Of a stretch of DNA of 64,000 bases, positions 46,684 to 54,651 are shown piece after piece. Each line of letters begins with the position of its first letter. The first letter of the stretch is position 1. The position numbers were made by a program, and so were the translations under genes. The stretch comes from Acidimicrobiia bacterium (lineage in GTDB: Bacteria > Actinomycetota > Acidimicrobiia > Acidimicrobiales > JANYDT01), in contig JANOWU010000037.1 of assembly GCA_031418035.1 (NCBI GenBank), positions 873 to 64,872 of the forward strand. Reading direction: 5' to 3'. The notes below the pieces were generated by a model, which saw nothing but the letters and a program-made list of their open reading frames with translations, did no database searches and had not been told where the DNA came from.

Positions 46684-47617
46684 TGGCTTCGAGCCAGCGT
46701 TCGGCATCGATAGCTGCCGTACAACCCGAGCCTGCTGCGGTGATGGCCTGGCGGTAGGTGTGATCCTGGACGTCACCACAGGCAAACACGCCATCGACGT
46801 TCGTTCGGGAACTCTTTCCCTCCGTCACGATGTAGCCCTGCTCGTCCGTCGTGAGAATCCCCTTGAAGAGGTCGGTGTTCGGTATATGGCCGATGGCGAC
46901 GAATAGCCCCGTGACATCGAGGGTCGAGTGCATCTGGTCGACCGTGTTTTCGATAACGGCGCTTTCGAGTGATTTCTCACCATTGAGTTCGACGACCCGT
47001 GAGTTCCAGAGAAACTCGATCTTGGGATTGTTCATCGCGCGGTCCTGCATGATCTTGGACGCACGGAGCACGTCGCGTCGCACGATTACGGTGACCTTGT
47101 CGGCGAACTTGGTGAGGAAGTTCGCCTCCTCCATTGCCGAGTCGCCTCCGCCGACGACGGCGATATTTTTGCCGCGGAAGAAGAAGCCGTCACAGGTGGC
47201 GCACGTGGAAAGCCCGTGACCCATGAGTCGACGTTCGGCATCGAGGCCGAGCATCAGTGATCGAGCTCCCGTGGAGACGATGACGCTGTGGGCTTCGAAG
47301 AGGTCATCGTTCACCCACACCTTTTTGGGGTTGCTGGAAAAATCTACCTTGGTGGCCTTGGCGGTCAGGTATTCGGTACCGAAGCGCTCCGCTTGCGCGC
47401 GCATAGTGGTCATCAATTCGGGACCTTGGACACCGGCTTCGAAGCCTGGAAAATTTTCCACTTCAGTGGTCAGCATCAACTGTCCGCCTGGCTGATCGCT
47501 GGTTGAGGATATTTCCCCCTCGATGACGAGGGGTGCCAGGTTGGCTCGAGCGGTATAGATCGCGGCAGTGAGCCCGGCCGGACCAGACCCCACAACGATG
47601 ACGTTACGAACTGCCAC
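46673..47617 (-). CDS. trxB: Thioredoxin-disulfide reductase
   Basis: 314 aa with FAD motif VIVVGSGPAGLTAA, redox-active CATCDG and NADPH motif VVGGGDSAMEEA. Confidence 0.95.
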   Translation of the reverse strand: MAVRNVIVVGSGPAGLTAAIYTARANLAPLVIEGEISSTSDQPGGQLMLTTEVENFPGFEAGVQGPELMTTMRAQAERFGTEYLTAKATKVDFSSNPKKVWVNDDLFEAHSVIVSTGARSLMLGLDAERRLMGHGLSTCATCDGFFFRGKNIAVVGGGDSAMEEANFLTKFADKVTVIVRRDVLRASKIMQDRAMNNPKIEFLWNSRVVELNGEKSLESAVIENTVDQMHSTLDVTGLFVAIGHIPNTDLFKGILTTDEQGYIVTEGKSSRTNVDGVFACGDVQDHTYRQAITAAGSGCTAAIDAERWLEANVH

Positions 47618-47668
47618 GACTGCTCCTGTTCATGAATGGATTCGCGGCGACGGGCGACGAACCGTGAA

Positions 47669-47965
47669 TCAGGTTCGAGGGTGACGACGCGACCAGACCA
47701 ACAGGCCAACGAGGAAGAACATTCCCCCGAGGACGACATAGGCCGCCCAAACGGGCAAGAACCAGTCCAGAAGCCGAATGAACATGATCGTCAACAAGCA
47801 GAACAGCATGAACAAGACGCCTGCGGCCATGAGGCCGAACACCAAGAACTTGGCGGCTTTCTGTACCGGTTCGGTGGTCTTGGACTTCACGGTTCCCACG
47901 AACCCCTCGAGTCCATCCACGATTTGGGTTGCCCAGTCAGATTCCAACGCCGGTCGCTCAGTCAC
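47669..47965 (-). CDS. Small membrane protein (two predicted TM helices), function unknown
   Basis: 98 aa with hydrophobic stretches FLVFGLMAAGVLFMLFCLLTIMFI and VWAAYVVLGGMFFLVGLLVW. I recognise no family motif. Confidence 0.5.
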   Translation of the reverse strand: MTERPALESDWATQIVDGLEGFVGTVKSKTTEPVQKAAKFLVFGLMAAGVLFMLFCLLTIMFIRLLDWFLPVWAAYVVLGGMFFLVGLLVWSRRHPRT

Positions 47966-48010
47966 GCCCCAAAGCCTAGCGGCCCATTCGAACGGCGTGC
48001 ACGGTGAGGA

Positions 48011-48066
48011 GGTCTCGCGGTCTCGCGGTCTCGCGGTCTCGCGGTTTCGCGATTTCGCGATTTCGC
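48011..48066. repeat. 8-bp tandem repeat: (GGTCTCGC)x4, GGTTTCGC, (GATTTCGC)x2
   Basis: Read directly. It is intergenic, between the anti-sigma stop (48070) and the small membrane protein start (47965). Confidence 0.9.
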
Positions 48067-48069
48067 GGC

Positions 48070-49632
48070 CTACGGAACTATCGTGCAGGTTCTCGAGTCC
48101 ACGATAACGACCGTCGGGGCATCCGACGAACCAGTTACGAACGCGAACAGCACACGCCCAGCGATCGTTACGCGCCCGACGGCTCGGGCCCCAGGGACCG
48201 GGCAGCGCGCCATGCCCGACGCCGTGGTCCCATCGAACGGTGCGGCGGATGCAGCCGACGCTGTATTGGCCGGTCCGGCCGCAAACACCGTAGTGGCGGA
48301 CGCAGCTTCGAACGGTGCAGCGGCGGTCGTAGGCACGATCGTCGTTGTTACGACCGTACCCCGTTGGGCCGCGGTCTTGCGGACTGCATCGCTTGCCGAG
48401 GCCACGTCATTGAATACGCCCAGGTCACCGAGGTCGACAACGGCGACCGACGGTGTCACAGCGCTGGCCGCTGCAGTCGCGGACGCGCCTGTCGGACTCT
48501 CGGCGCTGGCCGCCTTTGGCGCTGCGGGTGCGGCTCTCTTGACAGCCTTCTTTCGAGTCGCCCCAAAGGGGCGCGTCGTTGTCACGATGTCGTCGAACAC
48601 TGGTTCCGCAGTGACGGGTTGTGCTCCATCGCCGAAGGGAGTCGCGGTCGCTTTCGTCTGAACAGCGCTCGGTTTCGTTGCCGGCGCGATGCTTCGCGTG
48701 ATGGGACGAGTGGTGGACTGGGGCGGCGTGGTGGACTGGGTAGTTGTGGTGGTGGCCGGGGGGGTGGCGGGGGTGGGAATGACCGGGTTCGGATCGAACG
48801 GGGCCGTTGCCATGTCGAGAGCCTCTGCGGCCCCGCTCGCGACGTCGGATTCCGCGGCCGCCTCGGTCTCGGGCGCGGCCCCGTTCGCGGTCGCGGTCTC
48901 GGTCTCGGGAGCAGCCTCGGGCGACGCCAACTCGCCAGCGCGACCCGGGACCGGGGCGTCTTGCGAATCCCGTGTGATCTGTACCCGGGGTTCGGTGGCG
49001 GAGGCGGGTTCGGTGATCGGGGCCACCGCAGCGGGATTGCTTCGTCGCTGTTGAAGTAGCAAGACCCCCGTGACCAGGCTCAACGCGGCTGCTGTGGCGA
49101 GAGCACGCGTGGGCGTGAGCACAGAGCCCCGGCCGGAGCCCCCAACCGAACCTCGGGGGCCACTGAACATGGACCGTGAGCCAGCCGAGCCCCGTCGCCA
49201 CCACGCCCGCTTCGCGGCGATCCGCCCCGCCGTCGGTGCTGTCTTCGGTGCAGTCGTCGGTGCAGTCGGCGAAAGATTGCGGTGCTCATCATCGAACACC
49301 GCGAGTGCTGCTGCGATGGCGTCACGGCGCTGCGTGAGGGACTCCAGCACCAGAACTGGGCGTGCGTCGCGGGTGGCGTTGGCGAGCAATGACGCAATGA
49401 GCACCGACTGCGGCGAACACATCTGGCAGGTCATGAGGTGTTGGTATTCGTGCTGCAACGCTTGCGCGGAGGCCAGGTCGCGGGCGTCGTTCGAGCGGTC
49501 TGAATCGATAGCGGCAAGAAATTCGGCCACCTCTGACTGGTTCGTCAGGTCCACGTCGCCCCAAAATGCGAGGCGCGTCGAGTCGAGATGGTCCCGTGGG
49601 CTTGTGCCGGAGAGGGGAGACTCAGTCGCCAT
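48070..49632 (-). CDS. ZAS-type anti-sigma factor with one TM helix and a long P/T/A-rich extracytoplasmic region
   Basis: The start MATESPLSG at 49632 overlaps the sigma-factor gene end. HLMTCQMC matches the HxxxCxxC zinc anti-sigma motif. The TM segment is ALATAAALSLVTGVLLL. The upstream 166 codons of track ORF 48070..50130 lie in another frame over the sigma gene and are rejected. Confidence 0.7.
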   Translation of the reverse strand: MATESPLSGTSPRDHLDSTRLAFWGDVDLTNQSEVAEFLAAIDSDRSNDARDLASAQALQHEYQHLMTCQMCSPQSVLIASLLANATRDARPVLVLESLTQRRDAIAAALAVFDDEHRNLSPTAPTTAPKTAPTAGRIAAKRAWWRRGSAGSRSMFSGPRGSVGGSGRGSVLTPTRALATAAALSLVTGVLLLQQRRSNPAAVAPITEPASATEPRVQITRDSQDAPVPGRAGELASPEAAPETETATANGAAPETEAAAESDVASGAAEALDMATAPFDPNPVIPTPATPPATTTTTQSTTPPQSTTRPITRSIAPATKPSAVQTKATATPFGDGAQPVTAEPVFDDIVTTTRPFGATRKKAVKRAAPAAPKAASAESPTGASATAAASAVTPSVAVVDLGDLGVFNDVASASDAVRKTAAQRGTVVTTTIVPTTAAAPFEAASATTVFAAGPANTASAASAAPFDGTTASGMARCPVPGARAVGRVTIAGRVLFAFVTGSSDAPTVVIVDSRTCTIVP

Positions 49633-50266
49633 GATCAATCCTTGGACGTTCGGGTTGCAGTGTTTGGTTCCCGGCGATCGACTGCGAATCCGAAACTGAG
49701 GTGGAATCGAACCGGAGAAGTGGCGCGAGCGCGGCCCGGGCGCGTGCGATGCGTGAACGTACGGTTCCACCGGGTATCTGGAGTATTTCGGCGATCTCGC
49801 GATAGTCGAGTCCGGAAACGTCTCGGAGAACCAACGGCGCTCGGAACTCCACTGGAAGTTTCGCCAGCGCTCGTCCGAGGTCGGTTGTGGCGTCGACGTC
49901 GGCGAACGCGCTGGGTGTGTCGGCGCGTCGATCGTGGTCGGCCACGACCTCGTCGTTGGGGACCGGTCGTCGTCGCTTTCGGCGCAGTTCGTCGAGCGAC
50001 GCATTGGTGGCAACGCGATAGGCCCAGGTGGTGAAGCTCGAGGTGCCATCGAATCGACCGATGCCTCGGGCAATCGCAATGAGCGCCTCCTGGGTCGCGT
50101 CGGCAGCGTCGCCATGGTCGGCGATGACACGTCGGCAGGTACTTGCTATACGGTCATAGTGTCGCTCGAGGAGGGCATTCATCGCGTCGCGTTCGCCCCG
50201 CTGCGCGGCCGCCACGAGAACGATGTCAGTTTCGTCTCGAAGACGAGATTGAGGTGGCGGCGTCAT
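49622..50266 (-). CDS. ECF (group 4) RNA polymerase sigma-70 factor, SigM-like by synteny
   Basis: Region 2 (DAADATQEALIAIARGI..F....F.TWAYRVATNASLDELRR) and region 4 (LRDVSGLDYREIAEILQIPGGTVRSRIARAR). Its position next to trxB/trxA matches the mycobacterial sigM locus. Confidence 0.85.
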   Translation of the reverse strand: MTPPPQSRLRDETDIVLVAAAQRGERDAMNALLERHYDRIASTCRRVIADHGDAADATQEALIAIARGIGRFDGTSSFTTWAYRVATNASLDELRRKRRRPVPNDEVVADHDRRADTPSAFADVDATTDLGRALAKLPVEFRAPLVLRDVSGLDYREIAEILQIPGGTVRSRIARARAALAPLLRFDSTSVSDSQSIAGNQTLQPERPRIDHGD

Positions 50267-50271
50267 GGGGG

Positions 50272-52044
50272 CTACCCGCGAAGCGCCAGTTCGGCAATCT
50301 TCACCTGGGCGACGTTTCCGACTTTCGGCCCGAGGTCAGTTATCCAGAGGAGGACGTACGTACCGGTCACCGGGGTAAGCCCGATTTTCGACGAACCCTC
50401 CGGTGCGTCGACAAGCTGGCCTCGTTGATCTCCCCAGCCATCGAGATCCTCAGAGAGCCGATCGGCGACATATACCTGTGCCGTCCAACCCCGTGTTTTG
50501 GAGACAACGTTTACTTGGCTGACGAGGCGAGGCTCATCGAGAATCATAATGACCCCGACGCCCGGTTTGCCTCGATAGAAGTTACGGGATTTGTAGGGTT
50601 CGGTCGACCAACTGGTGGACTTGTCGCGGTCGTTGAGAAACTTGAGCTCGCTGTCGTGCTCCCCGTCGGGCTCGAGCTCGAAGGAAAGGGGGCGTAGATA
50701 CGGAACCGCTGTGGTGGGGTTGTGGTTTTGATTCGCAGCGGCAATGCCGAACACTGCGCCGCCGACGAGGCCGATCAAGGGAAGCAGAACGGTGAGCAGC
50801 CGCCGGTTTCCCAAGGTTGGCCGAGTGGGTGTAACTGTGTTTCGCCGTTGTACCGCGGTCGGCTCATCCGTGCGCGAACTATCCGTACGCTTACTTGGTT
50901 GCACGGTCGTGACGTCTTCGTTGCGTCGACCGGACGGCTGCACAGTTGTCGGGTCGGCTGCAGTGCCGGCTCGGCGACCAAGCCTTCGGGCGTCACCCTT
51001 ACGTGACTGACCGGCCGCAACGTTGATCGTCGCGGGGGCGTTCCGGTCGGTGGCGGAGAGCCCGCGAGGCGGTGTGCGGTCAGACTCGGTACGGGCAACG
51101 GCGGGGCGGGCATCGTCGCCGTACCCATCAGCTCGCTCGGCGGCCTCGAGGGCTCGGGGGTTGAGGCTTCGCAGTGCCGCGGCGAGCGCTGCTGCGTCCG
51201 AGAAACGGGCTTCGGGATTCTTGGCGAGCGCTTTGGTAATGACGGCATCGAGCTCGCGTCCGATGTTCGGACGTAGTGAACGCGCCGGTCGCAAGTCCTT
51301 CCGCACGTGTTGCAGCGCCGTCGCCATATCGTTGGCACCGAGGAACGGAACCTGTCCGGTTGCCATCTCGTAGAGCAGAATGCCGAGAGAGTAGATGTCG
51401 GATCGTGCGTCGACGCGATGTCCTTCGACCTGTTCGGGTGAGACGTACTTTGCTGTTCCGAGAATGGATCCGACGTTGGTGAGATCTTCCTCGTTCTGAT
51501 TGACGCCGATGCCCTTGGCAATGCCGAAATCGACGACGCGCACTCGGCCAAAGCGGGCTCCGACTGAACCCGTTGATGTTTCCACGAAGATGTTCGCTGG
51601 CTTTACATCACGATGGACGACGCCATTACGGTGTGCGTAACCGAGGCCATCAGCGATCTCTGCGGCGATGCGAACTGCTTCGCGTAGCGTGGGCCGCCGA
51701 TCAGTCGGGCTGTTCATAAGCGTACGGAGAGTTGCTCCTCGAAGAAGCTCCATCACGAGATAGGCGCGGCGTTCGACCCGTCCCGCAGAGTTGGTGAACG
51801 AGTCGACTCCGGTGTCGTAGACGGTTACGACGTTGGGGTGGGAAAGCTTGGCGACAGCGACGGCCTCGCGTCGGAACCGCTCGATGAAGTCTCGATCGTC
51901 GGCAAGATGTGAGTGAAGCATTTTGACTGCGACGTCGCGGTCGAGTGTTTCGTCGTGAGCCTGCCAGACTTCGGCCATACCGCCACGAGCGATTGGCCGT
52001 ACGAGAACGTAGCGTCCGGCGACGTATTCGGCGACGCGAGCCAC
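50272..52044 (-). CDS. Ser/Thr protein kinase with one TM helix and a C-terminal extracellular domain
   Basis: Hanks motifs are all present: GGMAEVW, VAVKML, HRDVKPANIF, DFGIAKG, GTAKYVSPEQ. The TM segment is LLTVLLPLIGLVGGAVFGIAAA. The C-terminal domain of about 150 aa looks beta-rich. Confidence 0.9.
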   Translation of the reverse strand: MARVAEYVAGRYVLVRPIARGGMAEVWQAHDETLDRDVAVKMLHSHLADDRDFIERFRREAVAVAKLSHPNVVTVYDTGVDSFTNSAGRVERRAYLVMELLRGATLRTLMNSPTDRRPTLREAVRIAAEIADGLGYAHRNGVVHRDVKPANIFVETSTGSVGARFGRVRVVDFGIAKGIGVNQNEEDLTNVGSILGTAKYVSPEQVEGHRVDARSDIYSLGILLYEMATGQVPFLGANDMATALQHVRKDLRPARSLRPNIGRELDAVITKALAKNPEARFSDAAALAAALRSLNPRALEAAERADGYGDDARPAVARTESDRTPPRGLSATDRNAPATINVAAGQSRKGDARRLGRRAGTAADPTTVQPSGRRNEDVTTVQPSKRTDSSRTDEPTAVQRRNTVTPTRPTLGNRRLLTVLLPLIGLVGGAVFGIAAANQNHNPTTAVPYLRPLSFELEPDGEHDSELKFLNDRDKSTSWSTEPYKSRNFYRGKPGVGVIMILDEPRLVSQVNVVSKTRGWTAQVYVADRLSEDLDGWGDQRGQLVDAPEGSSKIGLTPVTGTYVLLWITDLGPKVGNVAQVKIAELALRG

Positions 52045-52112
52045 CGACTCAGACGATGCGTCTGAGTCGTGTGCTGCATCGGCGTTGGCGTCATCCCAGA
52101 TAGTCTGTGCTC

Positions 52113-52985
52113 CTACGTTTGGTCTGCGGCGGCCGCTGGCAAGTTGAAGGTTAGGCCCACAACCCCGGGGCCGCCGTGCGTGCCGATAACAGCGCCTATC
52201 TGGCCGACGATGATCTCGCTCTTTGGAAAGGACTTCGAGATCATTTCCAGCAGTTCATCGATGTCGGGTGCGTTCCCGTGCATCACGGCGACGTTCTCAA
52301 CGGAACCCGATGCAGCCTTCGCCTTTGCGACGAGTTCTGCGAGATGAAGCAGTGATTTCGTACGTGTACGTTGTTTCCCCGCTTCCTCGACTGCACCCGA
52401 GCTCAGATCCAGGATTGGTTTCACGGACAGAAGGGACCCGATGAGCGCCTGTGCACCACCGATTCGACCACCCTTCTTGAGGTTGTCGAGGGTGTTAAGT
52501 GCGCCGTACACCCGGGTGCGCGGCACGAGCGATTCGACGGCGCGAACGACCGTGTCGACGTCGGCCCCTGCGGCGGCGAGCTTTGCCGCCTCCATTGCCA
52601 TGGTGCCCTGACCCATCGTGATGGAGAGCGAGTCGACAACATGGACGCGAATGGTGTCGGCCACCGACCGGGCGGCGAGTTGGGCCGAGCCGATTGTGGC
52701 CGAAAGCTTCGACGACAGGTTCACGCAGACCGCGCCATCGCAGCCGTCGTCCGCGGCGCGCCGAAACGCCGCTTCGAAAAGCCCTGGTGCTGGCGCAGCA
52801 GTTTCGGGGAGCACCTTTGATGCAGCAACCTTGGCCCAGAACTGATCAACGGAGAGGTCGACTCGGTCCGTGAACTCTTCGTTCCCAAAGCGAATCGAGA
52901 GGGGTACAACGTCAATCCGGTGCATTTGTGCGAGCTCGGGCGGGATGTCACACGCGCTGTCGGTGACGATTCGGACGTTCGGCAT
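52113..52985 (-). CDS. DegV family (fatty-acid-binding) protein
   Basis: The N-terminus VRIVTDSACDIPPELAQMHRIDVVPLSIRFGNEEF is typical of DegV. Length is 290 aa. Confidence 0.85.
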   Translation of the reverse strand: MPNVRIVTDSACDIPPELAQMHRIDVVPLSIRFGNEEFTDRVDLSVDQFWAKVAASKVLPETAAPAPGLFEAAFRRAADDGCDGAVCVNLSSKLSATIGSAQLAARSVADTIRVHVVDSLSITMGQGTMAMEAAKLAAAGADVDTVVRAVESLVPRTRVYGALNTLDNLKKGGRIGGAQALIGSLLSVKPILDLSSGAVEEAGKQRTRTKSLLHLAELVAKAKAASGSVENVAVMHGNAPDIDELLEMISKSFPKSEIIVGQIGAVIGTHGGPGVVGLTFNLPAAAADQT

Positions 52986-52998
52986 GTTTGTTCCTATG

Positions 52999-54651
52999 CT
53001 AACGGCCGGGGCCGGGGAGAAGACGACGGGTAATCCCCGTCATAACGGTGTGCAGGTCACGAACGCCCAAAAGGCGGCCGACGATGATATAGACGGTAAC
53101 ACCGGCAACGATCGAAACCCCGACCTCTCCAATAACGCTCGCTCGGCCGGCCCCGATCGAAGATCGCAACAGGATCGAATGAAGTCCCTTCTGGGCACCG
53201 AGGGTAACGATCGCCATGGCGGCCGAGGCGACAATGATCCGCCATGTCGCGTTCAGTACATCGCCGCCGTGGAGCCCGCGAGTTCGTCGGCCCACAGCAA
53301 CAAAGGCGATGATCGCTCCGAAGCAGTACGCAAGCGCATAGCCAAGGGCGAGCCCTTTCACTCCATACCCAAGGCCGACAAAGGCGAAGGCGAGTCCGAT
53401 GTTGGTGAGCGTTTCGGCTCCGTTGATCCAAAAGGCGAGTTTGGTGTTGCGCATGGCTTTGCAGGCGTTCATCAGAAGGAGGAACACGCTGAACGCAGGG
53501 AGGCCGACGACAAAGTACTGGAGGGTCTGGGCGAGTCGCGCGACCCCGTCGTCGCTCAGTGATCCGAAACGCAAAATGCTCACGATTGGCTTCGCAAGAA
53601 CAAGATACCCGGCGGCGGCGGGGATCATGATCGTGAGTTGGGTCGTGATCCCGCGACTCAGTGTTGACCGAAACCGGCCGCGCCGCCGGTCGAGGAAGGC
53701 GTCGGCGAGTCGTGGTTGGAGGGCCGTCGCGATCGACACCGCGAAGAGGCCGTGGGGCAGGAGGAAGTACGTCTGGTACGCCAATGTGTACGCCGAATAG
53801 TCGCCGTTGACCCGGTTGGCGAGGCGCTGCGTGATCAAAAGGGCCACCTGGTTGCAGGCCACATACCCAAAGGTCCACACCGACAGTCGAACGATCTCGC
53901 GGATGGCGGGATGGCGAGGCTCCCACCGCCAGTTCAGCGAAACGCCTGCGCGACGCAAACTCGGAATCATGGCGAGCGCCATAGCTGCCACGCCAGCGGT
54001 TGTTCCGAGGCCAAGGAGGAGTCGGAGGCGGCCATTGGACGCCAGGTTCGCCAGCTGGCGGGCCGCGGTTTCGTTGTGGAGGCTCTGGCGTACCCACAAG
54101 AGCACGCCGATCACCATCAGGTTGTTGAGTACGGGCGCGACCATGGGCGCGAAGAACCGGCGTCGGACGTTGAGGAGCGAGGTGGCGATCGTGACGAAGC
54201 CGTAGATGGCGACCTGTGGTGCAAAGAGCGGCAGAAGTTTGGCGGCGAGATCGCGCTTCGCCGCGTTGGCGTCGCCGGTAATCGTGAGGCGCAAAACGAG
54301 CGGAGCAGCAAGTGCCAACACGATCGACGCCACGACGACAAGGACCCCGACGAGTGACACGATTGCGTCGAGGCCTTCTTGGGCACGTCTGGTGCCGCGC
54401 CGCACTAGCTGCGCGAACAGTGGAATCAGCGTCGCCGATAGCACCCCGCCGGCCACCAGTTCGAAGATCATGTTCGGTGTCGTGTTGGCCTGGAGGTACG
54501 CGTCCGTCACGGCTTCGAGCCCAAATGCGGCAAGGACCACGGTGCGAACTGCGCCGGTCAGCCGGGAGAGCAGGGTGCCGATGAACATCAGTCCGGTTGC
54601 CCGCCCGATAGATTCGGTCGGAGTCGCCGACGCCACTGCAAGGTTGGTCAT
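52999..54651 (-). CDS. murJ: Lipid II flippase MurJ (MviN)
   Basis: Polytopic protein with the N-terminal pattern SRLTGAVRTVVLAAFGLEAVTDAYLQANTTPNMIFELVAGGVLSATLIPLF. The start MTNLAV at 54651 forms an ATGA overlap with the upstream stop. Confidence 0.9.
   Translation of the reverse strand: MTNLAVASATPTESIGRATGLMFIGTLLSRLTGAVRTVVLAAFGLEAVTDAYLQANTTPNMIFELVAGGVLSATLIPLFAQLVRRGTRRAQEGLDAIVSLVGVLVVVASIVLALAAPLVLRLTITGDANAAKRDLAAKLLPLFAPQVAIYGFVTIATSLLNVRRRFFAPMVAPVLNNLMVIGVLLWVRQSLHNETAARQLANLASNGRLRLLLGLGTTAGVAAMALAMIPSLRRAGVSLNWRWEPRHPAIREIVRLSVWTFGYVACNQVALLITQRLANRVNGDYSAYTLAYQTYFLLPHGLFAVSIATALQPRLADAFLDRRRGRFRSTLSRGITTQLTIMIPAAAGYLVLAKPIVSILRFGSLSDDGVARLAQTLQYFVVGLPAFSVFLLLMNACKAMRNTKLAFWINGAETLTNIGLAFAFVGLGYGVKGLALGYALAYCFGAIIAFVAVGRRTRGLHGGDVLNATWRIIVASAAMAIVTLGAQKGLHSILLRSSIGAGRASVIGEVGVSIVAGVTVYIIVGRLLGVRDLHTVMTGITRRLLPGPGR

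Noticed and set aside
49633-50130. A 5' extension (166 codons) of the anti-sigma ORF.
   Set aside because: It overlaps the ECF sigma gene in another frame. The ZAS-containing N-terminus begins at 49632.
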